Shown piece after piece: positions 6,792 through 10,395 of a stretch of DNA of 10,395 bases (positions are counted from its first letter, which is position 1; each line of letters begins with the position of its first letter). The position numbers and the translations under genes were made by a program. Source of the stretch: Promethearchaeota archaeon (GTDB taxonomy: Archaea > Asgardarchaeota > Lokiarchaeia > Sigyniarchaeales > SOKP01); assembly GCA_004524535.1 (NCBI GenBank), contig SDNY01000127.1, positions 1-10,395 on the forward strand, in the 5' to 3' direction. The notes beneath the pieces are model-generated. The model had not been told where the DNA came from and ran no database searches. It worked only from the letters and a program-made list of their open reading frames with translations.

Positions 6792-8000
6792 TTATTTTTT
6801 ATTTAAGTTGTTCTTTATTATTTCTAAAATAGTTGACTCAACGGGTGTACATCCTTTAATAAAAGTACCATTTTCTCGTTGTTCATAAGTGCAATTTCCA
6901 ATTAAGAAAGTCTCATCATAAATATCTGATTGTTTTATTCCTTTTCCTATTGCTAAATTTAATGGATTTTCAGGTGTAAAATGTTTGTCAATAAAATCTT
7001 TGTTATTTTTCAATAAATTGAATATTGTGGATAGGCATGCAGAGCAGGAATCAATGTCAATTAAATTCACATTTTTATATTTAATGCTTATTGAACTTGG
7101 AGGAGGCTCTAAAGGTCTTATAAATTCTTGAATATTTTCAGGAATTGTTAAAATATCTTCATGGCTCTTTGGTGCATTTAATATCATATCTGATATCAGT
7201 TTCAAATGAGGAACATCTTCTAAAGACCATTCTGGCTGAGTTAATGCAAGGGCAATGATATCTGCTGCAAGGTAATCGGTAGATGCTATTATTGTGTCTA
7301 ATTTCACAGGATTTCCCGAAGAAGGTCCCATCCCTTCTTGAGCATATGATGCGTCTATTACTATTAAGTCAGGATGAAATATGTGAGCAAGATCTGCGAT
7401 TGCAATATCTAATTCTTTAATTTTCCTTATCGAATCTTTCAATTGGCTTATTACTTCGGGAGCTTGAAGATGATGTAAAGTAACTTTTTTTCTTTTATAG
7501 ATTAACCCTTTTAAATTTTTAAAACTTAGAGAAGCCCCACAGTGCATATGCATTTTTAAGACGGGAATTGATATTATAGAATCAATATCATTCCAGTAAC
7601 CGGTAACCTTGATTTTCTTTAGAATTTTTCCATTTGGTATATCTAATTCGATGGGAGGTTTATCATCTAAATCAATAAATTGAATATCGTCATCGTTCAA
7701 TAGATTATTATAGCCGGATTGCTCAAATGCCTTTCTTGTATCAGTATTTATTATAGGAGAGTCACCAATTAAAAATCGTGCCTTAAATTTTTGTTTTAAG
7801 TAATTAAAGATAGCAATTACAACTTCAGGATTTGTATTTATTCCTAAATAAGGATCATCTTCTCTGCCAACATTTGGTTTTAGTAAAACATTTTTTCCAT
7901 TTAAATCAGGAAGTTTCAACTGATCTAGAGCTGAATTTACTGCTATTATAATATCATCATTCCGTGCTATTGAAACAATAGGTTTTTCTCTTTTTAACAT
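6792..8000 (-). CDS. DUF362-domain protein with a C-terminal cysteine-motif (putative Fe-S) domain
   Basis: VLLKPN, TNPEVV, IGDSP, SIPVLKMHMHCGASLSFKNLKG, GMGPSSG and STDYLAAD. C-terminal CSAC...IGNC...GCTP. Confidence 0.85.
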   Translation of the reverse strand: MLKREKPIVSIARNDDIIIAVNSALDQLKLPDLNGKNVLLKPNVGREDDPYLGINTNPEVVIAIFNYLKQKFKARFLIGDSPIINTDTRKAFEQSGYNNLLNDDDIQFIDLDDKPPIELDIPNGKILKKIKVTGYWNDIDSIISIPVLKMHMHCGASLSFKNLKGLIYKRKKVTLHHLQAPEVISQLKDSIRKIKELDIAIADLAHIFHPDLIVIDASYAQEGMGPSSGNPVKLDTIIASTDYLAADIIALALTQPEWSLEDVPHLKLISDMILNAPKSHEDILTIPENIQEFIRPLEPPPSSISIKYKNVNLIDIDSCSACLSTIFNLLKNNKDFIDKHFTPENPLNLAIGKGIKQSDIYDETFLIGNCTYEQRENGTFIKGCTPVESTILEIIKNNLNKK

Positions 8001-8857
8001 TATTTTAAACCGAGAAAATCAATAATTTTATTTTTCATTAATTTACTATTTGGAGTTTTCCCAGTCCACCATTCAAAGGCTAATACACCCTGATTGACTA
8101 ACATATCAAGACCACCGAGGGTTTTGCATCCTATTTCTTTCGCGTCCTTCATTAATTGTGTCTCTATAGGATTGTATACAACGTCAAATACGAAGAGATT
8201 ACTATGTAGTAGAGCTTTGGGAACGGGAGACATTTCAATTTTGGGGTACATCCCTATAGGGGTGCAATTAATGAGAATATGAGCTTTTTCAATTTCTTGC
8301 TTTAATACTTTTTTATTACTAATCTTTCCTTCTACGTTCGCACCAGTCTTTTCCCTCACTTCAGCTGCTAAAGTAATCGCCCGTTCCTTTTCAACATCTG
8401 TTAAAACAATTTTATCAACATTATCAGATAAAATAAATGAGATTGCTCTTGCCACACCTCCAGAACCTATTAAAATTATATTTTTACCAGATAATTCACA
8501 CCCCGCATCTATTAGCGATTTTTTAGCTCCTCCCGCATCTGTATTTGTAGCTTTCAAAATACCATCCTCATTTTTAATTGTATTGATGGCACCAATTTTT
8601 TCTACTATTGTATCAATCTCATCTAAATATTGGATAATTGCTTCTTTATGGGGTATTGTAACATTGATGCCTTTAATGTCTAAAGCTCTAAAAGCTTGTA
8701 CAGCATTTTCTAAATTGTCAGGATGGACGTCAAATGCAATATATACATAATCGAGCCCTAGATGTTGAAAATTTGCATTATGCATTATTGGAGAAAATGA
8801 GTGTTCTACGGGATGACCGATGAGACAAAAAACCTTTGTTTTCCCTGAATATGACAT
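8000..8857 (-). CDS. aroE: Shikimate dehydrogenase
   Basis: IGHPVEHSFSPIMHN, GINVTIPHK, GAINT, NTDAGG, GSGGVAR, NCTPIGM, DVVYNP and GLDMLVNQG. Confidence 0.95.
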   Translation of the reverse strand: MSYSGKTKVFCLIGHPVEHSFSPIMHNANFQHLGLDYVYIAFDVHPDNLENAVQAFRALDIKGINVTIPHKEAIIQYLDEIDTIVEKIGAINTIKNEDGILKATNTDAGGAKKSLIDAGCELSGKNIILIGSGGVARAISFILSDNVDKIVLTDVEKERAITLAAEVREKTGANVEGKISNKKVLKQEIEKAHILINCTPIGMYPKIEMSPVPKALLHSNLFVFDVVYNPIETQLMKDAKEIGCKTLGGLDMLVNQGVLAFEWWTGKTPNSKLMKNKIIDFLGLK

Positions 8858-8937
8858 ATTTCTAAGTTTTAATTTATATTTTACGGTATTTAATATTTAG
8901 CTTACTTATTCAAAAAACATTCTATTTTCTTTCTTAA

Positions 8938-8953
8938 CTATCTATCTATCTAT
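8938..8953. repeat. Short tetranucleotide repeat (CTAT)x4
   Basis: ctatctatctatctat in the intergenic region between aroE and the channel gene. Confidence 0.6.
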
Positions 8954-8992
8954 ATTTAAAAAGATAAGGAAACAATTAAAGTATTTAATATT

Positions 8993-10395
8993 TTATGGCT
9001 TGATTTTTGGTATCTCTAATATATGACCACATCTCGGGCAAATTTTATGCAATCGATATTTTTTCATACTACTGAAAAAGCTTGAACCAAGTATTCCTGC
9101 AGGCAATGTAAATAGTGCTACACCTCCAAATGCAAATAATACTAATAAAAAACGCCCCATGGTAGTGACGGGATATATATCTCCATACCCTACTGTGGTA
9201 TAAGTAATAATTCCCAACCACATAGCTTGAAAAATATTTCCAACTTTGCCAGGTTGGGCGGCACCTTCAACATAATAGAGAGCAGCCGAGCTAAATATAA
9301 GGTACAAAACACATATCAACATAGATGTAAAAAATATTTTTCTATTTTCTATAAAAATATCCCCTATTATATTAAATATATCAGTAAAATGACTAATTTT
9401 AAACACAACAATAAATCTTAACAATAGTATAAATTTTAATTCACCAGTGAATGCAAAAGCAGGAACTAGCATTGGTAAAAAGAGGATAATTATAAGTAAA
9501 TCGAGTATTGACAAAGGACGAGCTATAAATTTTAATCTTCCTTTTATGGGATGATGATATTTTGCTTCTTCAGAGGCAGTACAGGACCAAATTCTTAAGA
9601 TATATTCTAAACAAAAAATACTAAATGAGATATAGTAAAAAGGAATTAAAATAAAACTGAATTCTTGATATACCTGTGGATTTGATTCAAGTAGTACTGC
9701 AAATGCGTTAAGGGCGATTAATATAAAAAAGAAAAATGCAACAATTCTCGGTTTTAATTCTGTTGGATATTTATTTTCAAGGGCATTAAAAACAAAATGT
9801 TTTCTGCGTTGATTTGGTGTTAGCTTATCTAAATCAATAACAACTTCGAGGGATTTTGTTTCATCAATTAATGTTTTTTTTCTTGTTCTTCTTATATCTT
9901 TTAAAGACTTGCTTTCTTCAAATTCCACGTTACAATTTGGACAAAAATCATAATGTGGATATCTTTCTTGAGTTTCATCTATAAAACCACTGGCAATGAC
10001 ACTTGCAGGCAATAAAAAGATAGTTATACCAAGAAGCGATACAATTATTGCAATAATCTTACCCATGGGAGTAATAGGAATAAGATCTCCGAAACCAATC
10101 GTGAATAAAGTTATCCCTGCCCAATATAATGCGTTAAAGAACGTTCTAAATTTTTCCGGTTGAGCTTTATGTTCTGCAATATAAAGAAAAATTGCAGCTA
10201 CAAACATAATAACTAAAGATAAAATGAGTGTCATTAATAATTCTTCTCTTTTTCTTTTAATCACTACCCAGATAATCTCAAATGAAGTAAAGTATCTTTT
10301 TAATTTTAGGAGCACAAATAAGCGTAATAATTGTAACGCTTTAGCGAGAAAGATATTCTCGATTGAAAATAATATTACTGAGATATAAATTATAG
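8993..10395 (-). CDS. Two-repeat voltage-gated-type potassium channel (tandem ion-transport domains), 5'-truncated by the window edge
   Basis: The frame stays open past 10315 to the window end (IIYISVILFSIENIFLAKALQLLRLFVLLKLKRY, an S3-S4-like segment). Pore 1 filter TIGFGD at 10085-10102. A complete second S1-S6 repeat follows, with EYILRIW, ILDLL and filter TVGYGD at 9179-9196. A CxxC follows each repeat. Confidence 0.92.
   Translation of the reverse strand, partial: IIYISVILFSIENIFLAKALQLLRLFVLLKLKRYFTSFEIIWVVIKRKREELLMTLILSLVIMFVAAIFLYIAEHKAQPEKFRTFFNALYWAGITLFTIGFGDLIPITPMGKIIAIIVSLLGITIFLLPASVIASGFIDETQERYPHYDFCPNCNVEFEESKSLKDIRRTRKKTLIDETKSLEVVIDLDKLTPNQRRKHFVFNALENKYPTELKPRIVAFFFFILIALNAFAVLLESNPQVYQEFSFILIPFYYISFSIFCLEYILRIWSCTASEEAKYHHPIKGRLKFIARPLSILDLLIIILFLPMLVPAFAFTGELKFILLLRFIVVFKISHFTDIFNIIGDIFIENRKIFFTSMLICVLYLIFSSAALYYVEGAAQPGKVGNIFQAMWLGIITYTTVGYGDIYPVTTMGRFLLVLFAFGGVALFTLPAGILGSSFFSSMKKYRLHKICPRCGHILEIPKIKP

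Noticed and set aside
8938-8953. (CTAT)4 as a phase-variable regulatory tract
   Set aside because: Only four units in AT-rich intergenic DNA, which is not enough to support a function.
8094-9421. Plus-strand ORFs 8094..8282 and 9227..9421
   Set aside because: Antisense shadows of aroE and the channel gene, with no recognisable motifs.
10313-10315. GTG at 10315 as the start of the channel, which would imply a 2TM+6TM protein
   Set aside because: The frame is open to the window end and the GTG lies in the middle of an S4-like helix.

Overview
AT-rich (roughly 30% GC by eye), gene-dense archaeal DNA. An archaeal-type uS2, a CheY-like receiver domain, small zinc-ribbon membrane proteins and TTG/GTG starts suggest an Asgard archaeon such as Lokiarchaeia; this is inference only. 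From left to right the window holds: the 3' part of a receiver-domain gene; a solitary rps2 with a long acidic N-terminal extension; an AT-rich divergent intergenic region; an HD-domain phosphohydrolase; a minus-strand cluster of tmk, a membrane-embedded M28 peptidase and LeuC/LeuD(HacA/HacB)-family hydro-lyase subunits; two tandem paralogous LITAF/BRI3-like zinc-binding membrane proteins; a coupled aroE/DUF362 Fe-S pair; and a 5'-truncated K+ channel gene. The channel is the most striking element. It appears to be an internally duplicated two-repeat (probably 2x6TM) voltage-gated-type channel with two different K+ filters (TIGFGD, TVGYGD), which is a two-pore-channel-like architecture in a prokaryote. 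The LITAF/BRI3-like pair is the second most notable element. No RNA genes, CRISPR arrays or mobile elements were recognised.
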